64,000 nucleotides of DNA from assembly GCA_037441845.1 (NCBI GenBank), contig JBBIRK010000005.1, forward strand, positions 160,001 through 224,000. The letters are read 5' to 3'. Shown one piece after another: positions 41,141-50,691 of this stretch. The DNA is from Candidatus Zixiibacteriota bacterium (GTDB taxonomy: Bacteria; Zixibacteria; MSB-5A5; UBA10806; 4484-95). Positions within the stretch are counted from its first letter, which is position 1, and each line of letters begins with the position of its first letter. The notes under the pieces were generated by a model. It was not told the DNA's origin, did no database searches, and worked only from the letters and a program-made list of their open reading frames with translations. A program made the translations under genes and the position numbers.

Positions 41141-41712
41141 TATGCTTCCGCTTTTTTCATGGCTTCTTTCGCCATCTCGAAACCTATTGCGCAAGCCCGC
41201 TCATTCACTTTTTCGGTCCCTTTGGGCACGCGGGCAAGCACCGATTTCACGAACGATTCATTTCGGCAAATTCCGGAAACCACTACACAAGCGGCGGTGG
41301 AGATCACGTTGGTGACTATAGTCGTCCCCAGTTTTTCTTTCGCGGTATGGGTGAAAGGCAGAGCATAGAGCCTTTTCACGGGCGGCGGCTGCCTGACTAT
41401 ATCGGAATCGATGACCAGGATACCGTCCGCCTTCAGCGCATCCACATATTTGTCGCAGGCATCCTGGGTCAATGCGAGCAGAAGGTCAAGTTTCGATGGC
41501 TTGGGAAAATAGATCTCGCCGCTGGAAACGACCAAATCCGAGCGCGATGACCCTCCCCTTGCCTCGGGACCGTAACTTTGGGTTTGGGTTACGTTTTTCC
41601 CCTCATATATGCCGATAGCTTCGGCAAGCATCACCCCTGCCAGAACCAACCCCTGTCCACCCGAACCGGATAATCTTATTTCATATCTATCATCATTATC
41701 GGATTTCGCCAT
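41140..41712 (-). CDS. korC: 2-oxoacid:ferredoxin oxidoreductase gamma subunit
   Basis: SGSGGQG, QSYGPEARGGSS. Confidence 0.92.
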   Translation of the reverse strand: MAKSDNDDRYEIRLSGSGGQGLVLAGVMLAEAIGIYEGKNVTQTQSYGPEARGGSSRSDLVVSSGEIYFPKPSKLDLLLALTQDACDKYVDALKADGILVIDSDIVRQPPPVKRLYALPFTHTAKEKLGTTIVTNVISTAACVVVSGICRNESFVKSVLARVPKGTEKVNERACAIGFEMAKEAMKKAEA

Positions 41713-41725
41713 AAATCACCAGCTT

Positions 41726-42607
41726 TTATTCTTCCTGGGGTTTCGCTTTGGCCCCATTGTCATCCACTTCCGCATTTATTCCGGGCATCCTGACCTTTTC
41801 AATTATTTTCTGATAGGATTCGATGTACTCCGGACGTTGAATATCGTGAAGCACGCCGATCGTAAATTTGCCTTCAAGCTGCTCCGGCGGCAATTTGGCG
41901 GCCGTTGAGACGGGGATAGCCTGATCTTTCTGGGCCTGAATCATGCGCACCGCCGTGCCCTCTTTGTTCAAACGTCCATATTGTGTATGGCAGTTCGACA
42001 TCGCCTCCACGACCGAGAATCCTTTTTTTTGCAGCGCTTTTTCTATCAGGCTCGAAAGTTGGGTGGCGTGATATACGGTGCTGCGGGCAACGAATGTGGC
42101 GCCCGAACTGATGGCCAGACGACAGGTGTCGAACGGCTGTTCGAGAGTCAGATAAGGAGCCGTCGATGCCTTTTTGTTCAGCGGCGTGGTGGGGGAATAC
42201 TGCCCGCCGGTCATTCCGTAGATATAGTTATTGACCACGATAACGGTCATTTCGATATTGCGCCGGCAAGCATGGATGAAGTGATTGCCTCCTATAGCAA
42301 GGATATCACCGTCGCCCGAGATCACCACCACTTTAAGCTTCGGATTGGCGAGTTTCACTCCGGTGGCGAACGCAATCGGCCTGCCGTGGGTGGTATGAAG
42401 CGTGTTGAAATCGACGTATGCGGGGATACGCGCCGTGCAGCCGATTCCCGAGACAAGCGCGATATTATCCTTGCCGATTTCCAGCTTGTCAACCGCCCTT
42501 ATGAATGCTCCCAATACGATCCCGATGCCGCAGCCGGGGCACCACACGTTCGGGAAATCCATATTGGGCCTGAGATATTTATGTGCGATATCCGATCTTT
42601 GAGCCAT
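41726..42607 (-). CDS. korB: 2-oxoacid:ferredoxin oxidoreductase beta subunit
   Basis: WCPGCG, SGIGC, HGR, GDGD..IGGNH, NNYIYGMTGGQYSPT. Confidence 0.93.
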   Translation of the reverse strand: MAQRSDIAHKYLRPNMDFPNVWCPGCGIGIVLGAFIRAVDKLEIGKDNIALVSGIGCTARIPAYVDFNTLHTTHGRPIAFATGVKLANPKLKVVVISGDGDILAIGGNHFIHACRRNIEMTVIVVNNYIYGMTGGQYSPTTPLNKKASTAPYLTLEQPFDTCRLAISSGATFVARSTVYHATQLSSLIEKALQKKGFSVVEAMSNCHTQYGRLNKEGTAVRMIQAQKDQAIPVSTAAKLPPEQLEGKFTIGVLHDIQRPEYIESYQKIIEKVRMPGINAEVDDNGAKAKPQEE

Positions 42608-43746
42608 CAATGCTCCTCTCTTATCTTGTTCATGATCTGGTCAGGCGTCATTAGATCACCGTCGTATCGGAACAAGCCGACAACCTTAACGCGATCCTTG
42701 ACCACCCGTCTTACTTCCCCTATCAATTGACCCTGATTCAACTCGGCGACGATGACCACTTTGGCGTTCTTCGTCGCTTCATAGAGTTGCTTTTCGGGGA
42801 AAGGCCAGATCGTAACAGGCTGAAAAAGGCCCACCCGCCATCTTTTCCTGCGCGCGGTTCCCACGGCATGCAAAGCGGCTCGGGCCACGGACCCATAAGA
42901 GAATATTATGACACTGGCGTCATCAATATGAAATGTGCGATAATCGGCCATTTCATCGGCGTGCCGCTCTATTTTCAGTTTGAGTTTGTCGAGTTTGGCG
43001 GCGATCGCTTGATTGTTTGCAGTGGGGAAACCCCTTTCGTCATGCGTCAATCCGGTCAGATGAAAGCGATATCCTTCTCCAAAATTGGCCATGGGCGAGG
43101 TGAAATCCGGTGTTATTTTGAAATGTCGATACCATTCCGGAGGAACGTTCGGACGGACTCTCTCCACCCTGGGCACGGTGTTGAAATCGGGAAGCTCGAC
43201 CAGCTCGCGCATATGACCTATCACTTCGTCCGATAACACGATCACAGGGCTGCGGAACTTTTCGGCAAGATTGAATGCCTTGACCGTTACATTGAAACAG
43301 TCTTTCACCGATGACGGACATAGCGCGATCGGGAAATAATCGCCGTGAGTTCCCCAGTAAGCCTGCATTACATCGGCCTGCGATACTTTCGTCGGCAATC
43401 CCGTCGATGGTCCGCCACGCATCACATCGACCACCACGCAGGGCACCTCGGTCATATAGGCATAACCCAGACTCTCCTGCATAAGGGAGAACCCCGGTCC
43501 CGAAGTAGCCGTCATCGACTTGGCCCCTGCCACCGACGCGCCGATAACCGCTGAAATCGAGCCGATTTCATCTTCCATCTGAATGAACCGTCCGCCATAT
43601 TTAGGCAGTTCCAAAGCCATAGTCTCGGCTATCTCGGTCGATGGCGTTATCGGGTACCCGGCGAAAAATCGGCAGCCTGCGGCCAAGGCGCCGTAGGCGC
43701 AAGCCTGATTACCCTGGAGCAATTTGCGTTTATTGTTTTCTGACAT
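42607..43746 (-). CDS. korA: 2-oxoacid:ferredoxin oxidoreductase alpha subunit
   Basis: AGYPITPSTE, QMEDE, TSGPGFSLMQE, RGGPSTGLPT. Confidence 0.93.
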   Translation of the reverse strand: MSENNKRKLLQGNQACAYGALAAGCRFFAGYPITPSTEIAETMALELPKYGGRFIQMEDEIGSISAVIGASVAGAKSMTATSGPGFSLMQESLGYAYMTEVPCVVVDVMRGGPSTGLPTKVSQADVMQAYWGTHGDYFPIALCPSSVKDCFNVTVKAFNLAEKFRSPVIVLSDEVIGHMRELVELPDFNTVPRVERVRPNVPPEWYRHFKITPDFTSPMANFGEGYRFHLTGLTHDERGFPTANNQAIAAKLDKLKLKIERHADEMADYRTFHIDDASVIIFSYGSVARAALHAVGTARRKRWRVGLFQPVTIWPFPEKQLYEATKNAKVVIVAELNQGQLIGEVRRVVKDRVKVVGLFRYDGDLMTPDQIMNKIREEH

Positions 43747-43752
43747 ACGATC

Positions 43753-43983
43753 TCATTTCTCCGTCGATACGATGGCGAAATCCGGGCAATGGACCCAACA
43801 GATCGAACACTGGGTGCAATCCAAGCCATGGGTTATAACCGGATAGCCGTCTCGGTCGGCATCAAACACTTTTTGCGGACAAAGTTCGATACAAATGCCG
43901 CATGCCTTGCACCATTTCTTATAGATAATCACCGGATCAGGGCGGGGTGTGTAACGCTTAGATGATGTCGTCTCTTCCGGCAT
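43753..43983 (-). CDS. korD: 2-oxoacid:ferredoxin oxidoreductase delta subunit (2x[4Fe-4S])
   Basis: CKACGICIELCP and CTQCSICWVHCPDFAI. Confidence 0.92.
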   Translation of the reverse strand: MPEETTSSKRYTPRPDPVIIYKKWCKACGICIELCPQKVFDADRDGYPVITHGLDCTQCSICWVHCPDFAIVSTEK

Positions 43984-43984
43984 T

Positions 43985-44977
43985 TTATCTTTTCTTTCCA
44001 GCAGCGCGTCCAGCGGATTTTCTCTTTGCTGCCGCTTTGGCCGATTTTTTCTTTGCTTTGCCCGTTTTCAGAGTCGCCTTACTTTTCTTGGCCTTTTTCT
44101 TTCTATATTCGGCTAATTTCGCGGCCATTAAAACAGCTATTTGAGAAGGAATCTCAGCGACGGGGATTCCGACGGCGTTCAAAGCTTTGATTTTATCCGC
44201 CGCCAACCCCGATGATCCGGATATTATGGCTCCGGCATGTCCCATTCTTTTGCCCGGCGGCGCGTTTCTACCGGCTATAAAACCGACGACCGGCTTGCTG
44301 ACGTGCTTTTTAACAAATTCAGCCGCCATCTCCTCATCTGAGCCGCCGATTTCGCCGATAAGGACGATTCCTTCCGTGGCCGGATCTTTCTCGAACGCCT
44401 CGAGGCAATCTATGAAGGAGGTTCCTACAATCGGATCGCCGCCTATTCCGATACAAGTCGATTGCCCGAGTTTGTTAATGGTCAGATTATAAACCACTTC
44501 GTAGGTCAATGTTCCAGACCGGGAAACGACACCTATCGGGCCGCGTTCGCAAATGTGACCGGGTAATATCCCGACTTTGCTTAACCCCGGCGAAATCAAC
44601 CCCGGGCAGTTCGGCCCTATCAGCCGGACTCCTTTCATTTTCAGGTAATGATAGGCTTTCACCATATCTTGAGTGGGGACGCCCTCGCTTATGCAAACGA
44701 TCAACGAAATTCCAGCCTCGGCAGCCTCATAAATCGCATCCACGGCAAACGCCGGCGGAACGAATATAATCGAAGTGTTCGCTTTCGTCTTGCCGACCGC
44801 TTCGGCGACCGATTCGAATACCGGGACTCCATGCACCTCCATGCCGCCTTTTCCGGGTGTCACCCCAGCAACGATTTTTGTGCCGTATTTGAGCATCTGC
44901 TCGGTGTGGAATGAGCCGTCTCTGCCGGTAATCCCCTGCACCACGACTTTGGTATTTTTATCTATGAATATAGCCAT
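43985..44977 (-). CDS. sucD: Succinyl-CoA synthetase alpha subunit with Lys-rich C-terminal tail
   Basis: [37 protein letters not shown]. Confidence 0.96.
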   Translation of the reverse strand: MAIFIDKNTKVVVQGITGRDGSFHTEQMLKYGTKIVAGVTPGKGGMEVHGVPVFESVAEAVGKTKANTSIIFVPPAFAVDAIYEAAEAGISLIVCISEGVPTQDMVKAYHYLKMKGVRLIGPNCPGLISPGLSKVGILPGHICERGPIGVVSRSGTLTYEVVYNLTINKLGQSTCIGIGGDPIVGTSFIDCLEAFEKDPATEGIVLIGEIGGSDEEMAAEFVKKHVSKPVVGFIAGRNAPPGKRMGHAGAIISGSSGLAADKIKALNAVGIPVAEIPSQIAVLMAAKLAEYRKKKAKKSKATLKTGKAKKKSAKAAAKRKSAGRAAGKKR

Positions 44978-45034
44978 GCCATACCTTCTTGTTTGAAAGG
45001 ATATTCTCCTATTCGATTGTCTTATCCGCGATCT

Positions 45035-46165
45035 TCATGCCACTTCCTTGATAGCCAGTTTTACCGCCTCCTCCATCAAGCTGGTGGCGGGAAAATTATA
45101 TTTTTCGAGAATCTCTTTGGCCTTTTCTTCGTTCGTTCCGGTCAAGCGGACGACTATCGGGACCCGGACGTTCAGTTTTTCCACGGCTCGCACAATTCCA
45201 TTTGCCACGTCATCGCACCGAGTGATACCGCCGAAAATATTGAACAATATCACACCCACCTGGGGATCGTTCAAGATTATTTTCATCGCCGCCAGCACTT
45301 TTTCCGGCGATGACGATCCGCCTATATCAAGGAAATTCGCGGGGCGGCCACCGAAATGGTATACCAGATCCATGGTAGCCATGGCCAATCCTGCGCCGTT
45401 GACACAGCAACCGATATTACCGTTAAGTTTAACGAATGAAAGATCAGCCCGCTTGGCTTCGATTTCCGCCGGGTCTTCGGCATCGAGATCGCGTAATTTC
45501 TCGAAATCGGGGTGGCGCACCAGCGCGTTGTCATCGAGATTGATCTTGGCGTCGAGCGCGATCAATTGTCCCGAGGAATCCGTCACCAGCGGATTTATTT
45601 CCGCAAGTGAGGCATCGCAGCCGAGAAACGCCCGATAAAGTCGGGAAATCATCTCGGCGGCCTGCCGGGCTAATTTGATATCGGAATACACGAATCGAGC
45701 CAGCTTCAAGGCCTCGAACTGCCGCAGCCCAAATATTGGATCGACCGCAAGTTTCATTATTTTCTCGGGGGTTTCCGCGGCGACCTGTTCGATATCTATC
45801 CCGCCCGCAGGCGAAACCATGATCACATTTTTCTTGGTCGCCCTATCGACAATAACGCCGACATAAGCCTCCGATTTGATATCCACGGCCTCGGTAACCA
45901 GCACTTTCTTGACGAACAACCCTTTGATTTCCATACCGAGGATATCCTGGGCATTGAAAAAGGCTTCGTCCGGATCTTTGCAATATTTTATGCCACCGGC
46001 TTTCCCTCTGCCGCCGACATGAACTTGGGCTTTGACCATAACCGGTTTGCCGTATTTCACCGCCAGGTTCTTGGCTTCATCGGGCGAACTGACAACCTCG
46101 CCTTTGGGAACCGGAAGGCCGTATTTGGCGAAAATCTCCTTTGCCTGATATTCATGTATTTTCAT
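45035..46165 (-). CDS. sucC: Succinyl-CoA synthetase beta subunit
   Basis: MKIHEYQAK, KAQVHVGGRGKAGG, EINPL, NGAGLAMATMD, NIFGGITRCD. Confidence 0.96.
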   Translation of the reverse strand: MKIHEYQAKEIFAKYGLPVPKGEVVSSPDEAKNLAVKYGKPVMVKAQVHVGGRGKAGGIKYCKDPDEAFFNAQDILGMEIKGLFVKKVLVTEAVDIKSEAYVGVIVDRATKKNVIMVSPAGGIDIEQVAAETPEKIMKLAVDPIFGLRQFEALKLARFVYSDIKLARQAAEMISRLYRAFLGCDASLAEINPLVTDSSGQLIALDAKINLDDNALVRHPDFEKLRDLDAEDPAEIEAKRADLSFVKLNGNIGCCVNGAGLAMATMDLVYHFGGRPANFLDIGGSSSPEKVLAAMKIILNDPQVGVILFNIFGGITRCDDVANGIVRAVEKLNVRVPIVVRLTGTNEEKAKEILEKYNFPATSLMEEAVKLAIKEVA

Positions 46166-46203
46166 AATTCCTCCGCATAATTTTCAATTAAGAAAACCGG
46201 CGC

Positions 46204-47556
46204 CTATTTGTCAAGCTGCCTTTTGCGAAATATTTCACGAGCAAGCCGTAGAAGTTTTTCCCGATCGTTCAGAGTCGGCTCATCCAAAACTTCTTCAAAA
46301 AGCGCATTCAAAATTACGCCGACCAGCGGGCCTTCCCCGATCCCCAGATGGCTTTTAATATCGTTTCCATCGATCTGCAAATCTTTAAGGCCGAATGCCG
46401 ACTTTTTTTCTATTTCAGCTTTCACCCGGGAACGGAACTCCTCGATCCCTTCCGTGGTTTGACCCATGCCTTGAGCCAAAGTATCCGCCTTTCGTAAATC
46501 GATAAGATCGTAAATTCTATCCACTCCTACCTTGCTTATTAGTCTTCTTATCCCTTTCTCACCTGCATTTTCGCTGAACATATGTTTTTCGACCAATATA
46601 CCGACGGCCTCGATCAAATCGCCGGCATACCGAAGTCGTTTCAGGGCTTTGACGGCAAGGTCGCGGCCCAATCGATCATGCCCGTAAAATGAAGCTCCGG
46701 AATCGGTATCCATCTTTGTCGCAGGTTTGCCGCAGTCATGAAACAGCGCTGCCAGCCGTATGGGAATGGAGCGCGGGGCGTTATCGATAGTCCGCAATGT
46801 ATGTTCGAAAACATCCCAGCGATGATAACCGCCCGGTTGAGTCACTCCGACTGTATTCTCGATTTCCGGCAAAATCCGCCGCAGCAAACCGGTCCGTTGC
46901 ATAAGCCGGAACCCGGGCGACGGCTTTTCCGCCAGAAGCAGCTTGTTGAGTTCGTCGGCGATCCTCTCCGCCGCAACCGTGTCGATAAGATGCGATTGCT
47001 CGGTCATCGCCTTATCGGTGTCCGGCTCGACTTTCAAATTCAACCTGGCCATGAATTGCACACCGCGCATCATCCGCAAAGGATCCTCGACGAATCCGGA
47101 TGGCGATATCATCCGCAGTATCCTATCGGACAGGTCTCTTTGTCCGCCGAATGGGTCGATCAATTCACCGGACAGACAGTCCCGGGCCATCGCATTTATA
47201 GTGAAATCCCGCCTTCCCAGATCGATTTCGAGCGGGATATCCGGATCGAAATCCACCGCGAAATCCCGGTGACCGGCACCGGTCGATCGCTCTTTGCGCG
47301 GCAGCGAAATATCGATCACATCGTTATGACCGAACGGTTTGAACTTGATCACCCCGAACGACTGCCCGACCAAATGAATTTCGCCTCGTTCGCCGAGAAA
47401 TCTTTTCAATTTTTCGAACGGGAATCGGCGGATCAGCAAATCGATATCTTTGCCAGAGGCATTGCCGAGCAAGCTGTCTCTCACCGGACCGCCGACCATA
47501 TAGGCACTTCCGCCTTCGGCAGCTATGTCCCTGCAAAAATCCTCGAGATTAAACAC
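46204..47556 (-). CDS. cca: Class II tRNA nucleotidyltransferase (CCA-adding/poly(A) polymerase family) with HD domain
   Basis: VGGPVRD..KDIDL, DLGRRDFTINAM, EDPLRMMR, ERIADE, HT...LFHDCGK. Start uncertain (GTG at 47556 chosen). Confidence 0.85.
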   Translation of the reverse strand: MFNLEDFCRDIAAEGGSAYMVGGPVRDSLLGNASGKDIDLLIRRFPFEKLKRFLGERGEIHLVGQSFGVIKFKPFGHNDVIDISLPRKERSTGAGHRDFAVDFDPDIPLEIDLGRRDFTINAMARDCLSGELIDPFGGQRDLSDRILRMISPSGFVEDPLRMMRGVQFMARLNLKVEPDTDKAMTEQSHLIDTVAAERIADELNKLLLAEKPSPGFRLMQRTGLLRRILPEIENTVGVTQPGGYHRWDVFEHTLRTIDNAPRSIPIRLAALFHDCGKPATKMDTDSGASFYGHDRLGRDLAVKALKRLRYAGDLIEAVGILVEKHMFSENAGEKGIRRLISKVGVDRIYDLIDLRKADTLAQGMGQTTEGIEEFRSRVKAEIEKKSAFGLKDLQIDGNDIKSHLGIGEGPLVGVILNALFEEVLDEPTLNDREKLLRLAREIFRKRQLDK

Positions 47557-47605
47557 GACTGAATATTTTCCGGATTGCCCGCCGATGCCCTCTTTTTCTG
47601 CGGAA

Positions 47606-48553
47606 TCAAGCGACGATCGTAGTGCCTGATGTTCCTGCCACAACCGCCGCGGCGTTTTCGATCGAGCCGATCAGAACTTTCTTCCCCCCGGATCTTAAAA
47701 ATTCGATAGCCGCTTCGATTTTCGGACCCATGCTGCCGGGCGGGAAATGACCCTCCGCCAAATACTTCTCGGCTTCCTTAAGCCTTATTCGATCGAGGTT
47801 TCGCTGGGTCGGTTTGCTGTAATCAAGGGACACCTTATCTACGGATGTGAGTATTACCAGCAGTTCGGCGTCGATATCGCGGGCGAGCACCGCCGCCGCT
47901 CTGTCTTTGTCGATCACTGCATCGATCCCTATGAAAGCATCGCCTTCTCGTATCACCGGTATTCCGCCGCCGCCGGAGGCTACCACCACGACGCCCGAAC
48001 TGACCAGCTTTTTGATTATGTGGCGTTCCACTATCGCGATCGGCTTGGGCGAGGCGATCACCCGGCGGAAACGATGATCGGCCGGATATTGCTTCATCTT
48101 CCAGCCGAACTCCTTCTGCATCATCTCGGCATCCGATCGTTCATAGAATTGTCCGATGAACTTGGTAGGATCGGCAAAATCGGGATCATTTTTATCCACG
48201 ATCACCTGGGTTACAATTGTCGCCACTTCACGCTGAATGTTGTTTCGCATAAACAGATTCCGCAGCACTTGAGCGATCATGTATCCCATGCCCCCTTGTA
48301 AATCGGCCACGCAAATAAATACCGGCAATTCGGGTGCCTTTCCCCGCGAAAGCTCCACTCTAAGCACCGCGTTCCCGACTTGCGGACCGTTGCCGTGAGT
48401 CAGAGCTACATTATAGTCATCCTTGAACAACTGCAAAATGCCTTGTAGACTTATTTCAGTGTTTATGAATTGATTCGGTATCGTATCTTCTTTATCTTTG
48501 CGCGTTATTGCGTTGCCGCCCAGCGCCACCACTGCGATCTTTTTCCTGCCCAT
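47606..48553 (-). CDS. arcC: Carbamate kinase
   Basis: VVALGGNA, THGNGPQVG, PTKFIG, GGGGIPV, AVIDKD, GSMGPK. Confidence 0.96.
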   Translation of the reverse strand: MGRKKIAVVALGGNAITRKDKEDTIPNQFINTEISLQGILQLFKDDYNVALTHGNGPQVGNAVLRVELSRGKAPELPVFICVADLQGGMGYMIAQVLRNLFMRNNIQREVATIVTQVIVDKNDPDFADPTKFIGQFYERSDAEMMQKEFGWKMKQYPADHRFRRVIASPKPIAIVERHIIKKLVSSGVVVVASGGGGIPVIREGDAFIGIDAVIDKDRAAAVLARDIDAELLVILTSVDKVSLDYSKPTQRNLDRIRLKEAEKYLAEGHFPPGSMGPKIEAAIEFLRSGGKKVLIGSIENAAAVVAGTSGTTIVA

Positions 48554-48769
48554 CGTTTCACCACTTTATCCGGTTCACCTTTAGATCTTTTTTTACATAT
48601 TACAGAACCTGCGATAAAAATAAAAACGATTTTTAGGAAATTCAAGGCGCAATCCCCTGGAAACATGGCTTTTTTTCCACACTAAACCGATGCGGACCAA
48701 GCTCTGCGATTTGAAAACGGACAGTTTCGCTTCTCGAATCCGCTTTACGGCGGCGGGCGATTTGGGCGG

Positions 48770-48787
48770 ATTGAATCCGTATTCAAA
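48770..48787. promoter_or_regulatory. ARG-box-like palindrome (candidate ArgR/AhrC operator)
   Basis: ATTGAAT-CCGT-ATTCAAA matches WNTGAAT-N4-ATTCANW and lies between arcC and the arcE-like gene. Confidence 0.5.
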
Positions 48788-48904
48788 CGCGATACCTGAA
48801 AAGCTCCTCCGGTTAAACCGGCCCGCCAAATTTCCGTAACTTGCTGTTATTCAAGATAATCGGTAAAAACGAAACTGATAAAGCGGAAAATGCCTTTATG
48901 GCCG

Positions 48905-48932
48905 TTGACAATCGGAAAAATAAGTGTATTAT
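48905..48932 (+). promoter_or_regulatory. Sigma70-like promoter of the arcE-like gene
   Basis: TTGACA-N16-TATTAT. Confidence 0.6.
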
Positions 48933-49047
48933 TAACATATGCGTTATTGGTCTAAAAAGCTCTTCGACCATTAAGCTTCCCCCTTCAAACCACTGTAATT
49001 CCTGGTATAGTTTTTAATTTTAGCACTCGGAAAGGGGTTTAATATAT

Positions 49048-50433
49048 ATGATAAGGAAAAGAGTAATAATAATCGGAGCAGCAGGCAGAGATTTTCATAA
49101 TTTCAATACCGTCTATAGGGATAATGCGAAGTATGAAGTAGTTGCTTTCACTGCCACCCAAATCCCGGATATCGCCAATCGTCGTTATCCTGCAATTTTG
49201 GCAGGCAAGTTGTATCCCAAGGGTATCCCGATTTACAATGAAAAAGAACTGCCCTTGTTGATCGATAATTATGACGTGGATGAGGCGGTCTTTTCTTATT
49301 CCGATGTCTCATTCGATCATGTGATGTCCCTAGGCGCGATCGTCAACTCCTGCGGCTGCGATTTCAAACTTCTCGGCACTCAACACACCATGTTGCAATC
49401 GAAAAAGCCGGTGGTCGCCATCTGCGCCGTCCGAACCGGTTCGGGAAAATCGCAAACAACTCGAAAGGTATGCGGGATATTGAAAAAACTCGGCCTGGAA
49501 GTCGTCGTAGTTCGCCATCCTATGCCTTATGGGGACCTCAGCCGTCAGATATGCCAGCGATTTGCCAAGTTTCAGGATCTGGACAAACATCGCTGCACTA
49601 TCGAGGAGAGGGAAGAATACGAACCGCATATAAATAATGGAATGGTCGTTTATGCCGGCGTGGATTACGGGAAAATTCTTCGCCAAGCGGAAAAGGAGGC
49701 GGATATAATCGTCTGGGACGGCGGGAACAACGATCTTCCGTTTTTCGAACCGGACGTGCATATCACCGTAGTGGATCCTCATCGGCCCGGCCATGAGACA
49801 TCCTATTATCCCGGTAAGACGAACCTGTTGCTCGCCGATATCATAGTAATCAACAAAATCGACACGGCGGCTCTCGAGGGGATCAAGGCGGTGCGGGAAT
49901 CGGTAGCTTATTACAATCCCACCGCTGAAGTAGTGGAAGCGGCGTCTCCGATTTTCGTCGATAATCCGGAGATAATTTCGGGCAAAAAGGTTCTCGTGGT
50001 CGAGGACGGCCCGACTTTGACTCACGGGGAAATGACCTATGGCGCCGGAGTGGTGGCCGCCCACAAATTCGGAGCGGCCGGTCTGGTCGATCCTCGGCCT
50101 TATACTGTCGCATCTATCACCGAAACTTACAAGTCCTACCCCAATATCGGAACGCTTTTGCCGGCCATGGGGTATGGGCAAAGCCAAATAAAGGATCTCG
50201 AAAAGACGATCAATCGCGCCAAAGCTGATTCGGTGGTGATCGCCACACCGATTGACTTGAGGAAGCTCATCAAAATCAATAAGCCGTCGACAAGAGTGAG
50301 ATACGAACTGCAGGAAATCGGGCAACCGGACCTCGAGACAATCCTGCGCCGGATGCTGTCGCATAAAAGTGACACGGCCGTCAAATCGAAATCGGCCAAA
50401 AAGAAAAAGCCCGGAAAAAGAACCTCCAATTAA
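49048..50433 (+). CDS. arcE: COG2403 P-loop enzyme, probable arginine synthetase (ArcE-like; often annotated as cyclic 2,3-diphosphoglycerate synthase/GTPase)
   Basis: GAAGRDFHNFN, AFTATQIP, RTGSGKSQT P-loop, RHPMPYG, TIEEREEYE, WDGGNND, EDGPTLTHG, LPAMGYG. Divergent from carbamate kinase. Confidence 0.75.
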   Translation: MIRKRVIIIGAAGRDFHNFNTVYRDNAKYEVVAFTATQIPDIANRRYPAILAGKLYPKGIPIYNEKELPLLIDNYDVDEAVFSYSDVSFDHVMSLGAIVNSCGCDFKLLGTQHTMLQSKKPVVAICAVRTGSGKSQTTRKVCGILKKLGLEVVVVRHPMPYGDLSRQICQRFAKFQDLDKHRCTIEEREEYEPHINNGMVVYAGVDYGKILRQAEKEADIIVWDGGNNDLPFFEPDVHITVVDPHRPGHETSYYPGKTNLLLADIIVINKIDTAALEGIKAVRESVAYYNPTAEVVEAASPIFVDNPEIISGKKVLVVEDGPTLTHGEMTYGAGVVAAHKFGAAGLVDPRPYTVASITETYKSYPNIGTLLPAMGYGQSQIKDLEKTINRAKADSVVIATPIDLRKLIKINKPSTRVRYELQEIGQPDLETILRRMLSHKSDTAVKSKSAKKKKPGKRTSN

Positions 50434-50458
50434 TACATACCGACAGGAATTTATTACG

Positions 50459-50485
50459 AGGGTGCATATTCCTGCACCCTTTTTT
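50459..50485 (+). terminator. Intrinsic terminator after the arcE-like gene
   Basis: AGGGTGCA-TATTCC-TGCACCCT followed by TTTTT. Confidence 0.8.
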
Positions 50486-50691
50486 GCTTATTTGCCTGTT
50501 ATACGCCGACGTCGATAGATGTAACTTCGCAGGACAACCCGTTTCGTTTTGCAACAGCGTCTCCTAAATTGGATTATTCCGGTGTCGAAAATGGCAATAG
50601 GAATAGGCCGGCGAAAAACCAACCAAGCCGAAAAGGGTTCAGGGATTGAAGCCGACGCCGGCCGATAGATACGCTCAGGACAAGGACAGTC

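Noticed and set aside
49330..50364. Long antisense ORFs (this 344-aa one; also 38850-39698, 16141-16968, 46738-47562, 34655-35419)
   Set aside because: They are largely or fully antisense to well-supported genes, have no motifs, and are expected shadows of codon bias.
49048..50433. Cyclic 2,3-diphosphoglycerate synthase
   Set aside because: No 2-phosphoglycerate kinase is nearby. The carbamate kinase neighbour and the ARG-box-like site favour arginine synthetase.
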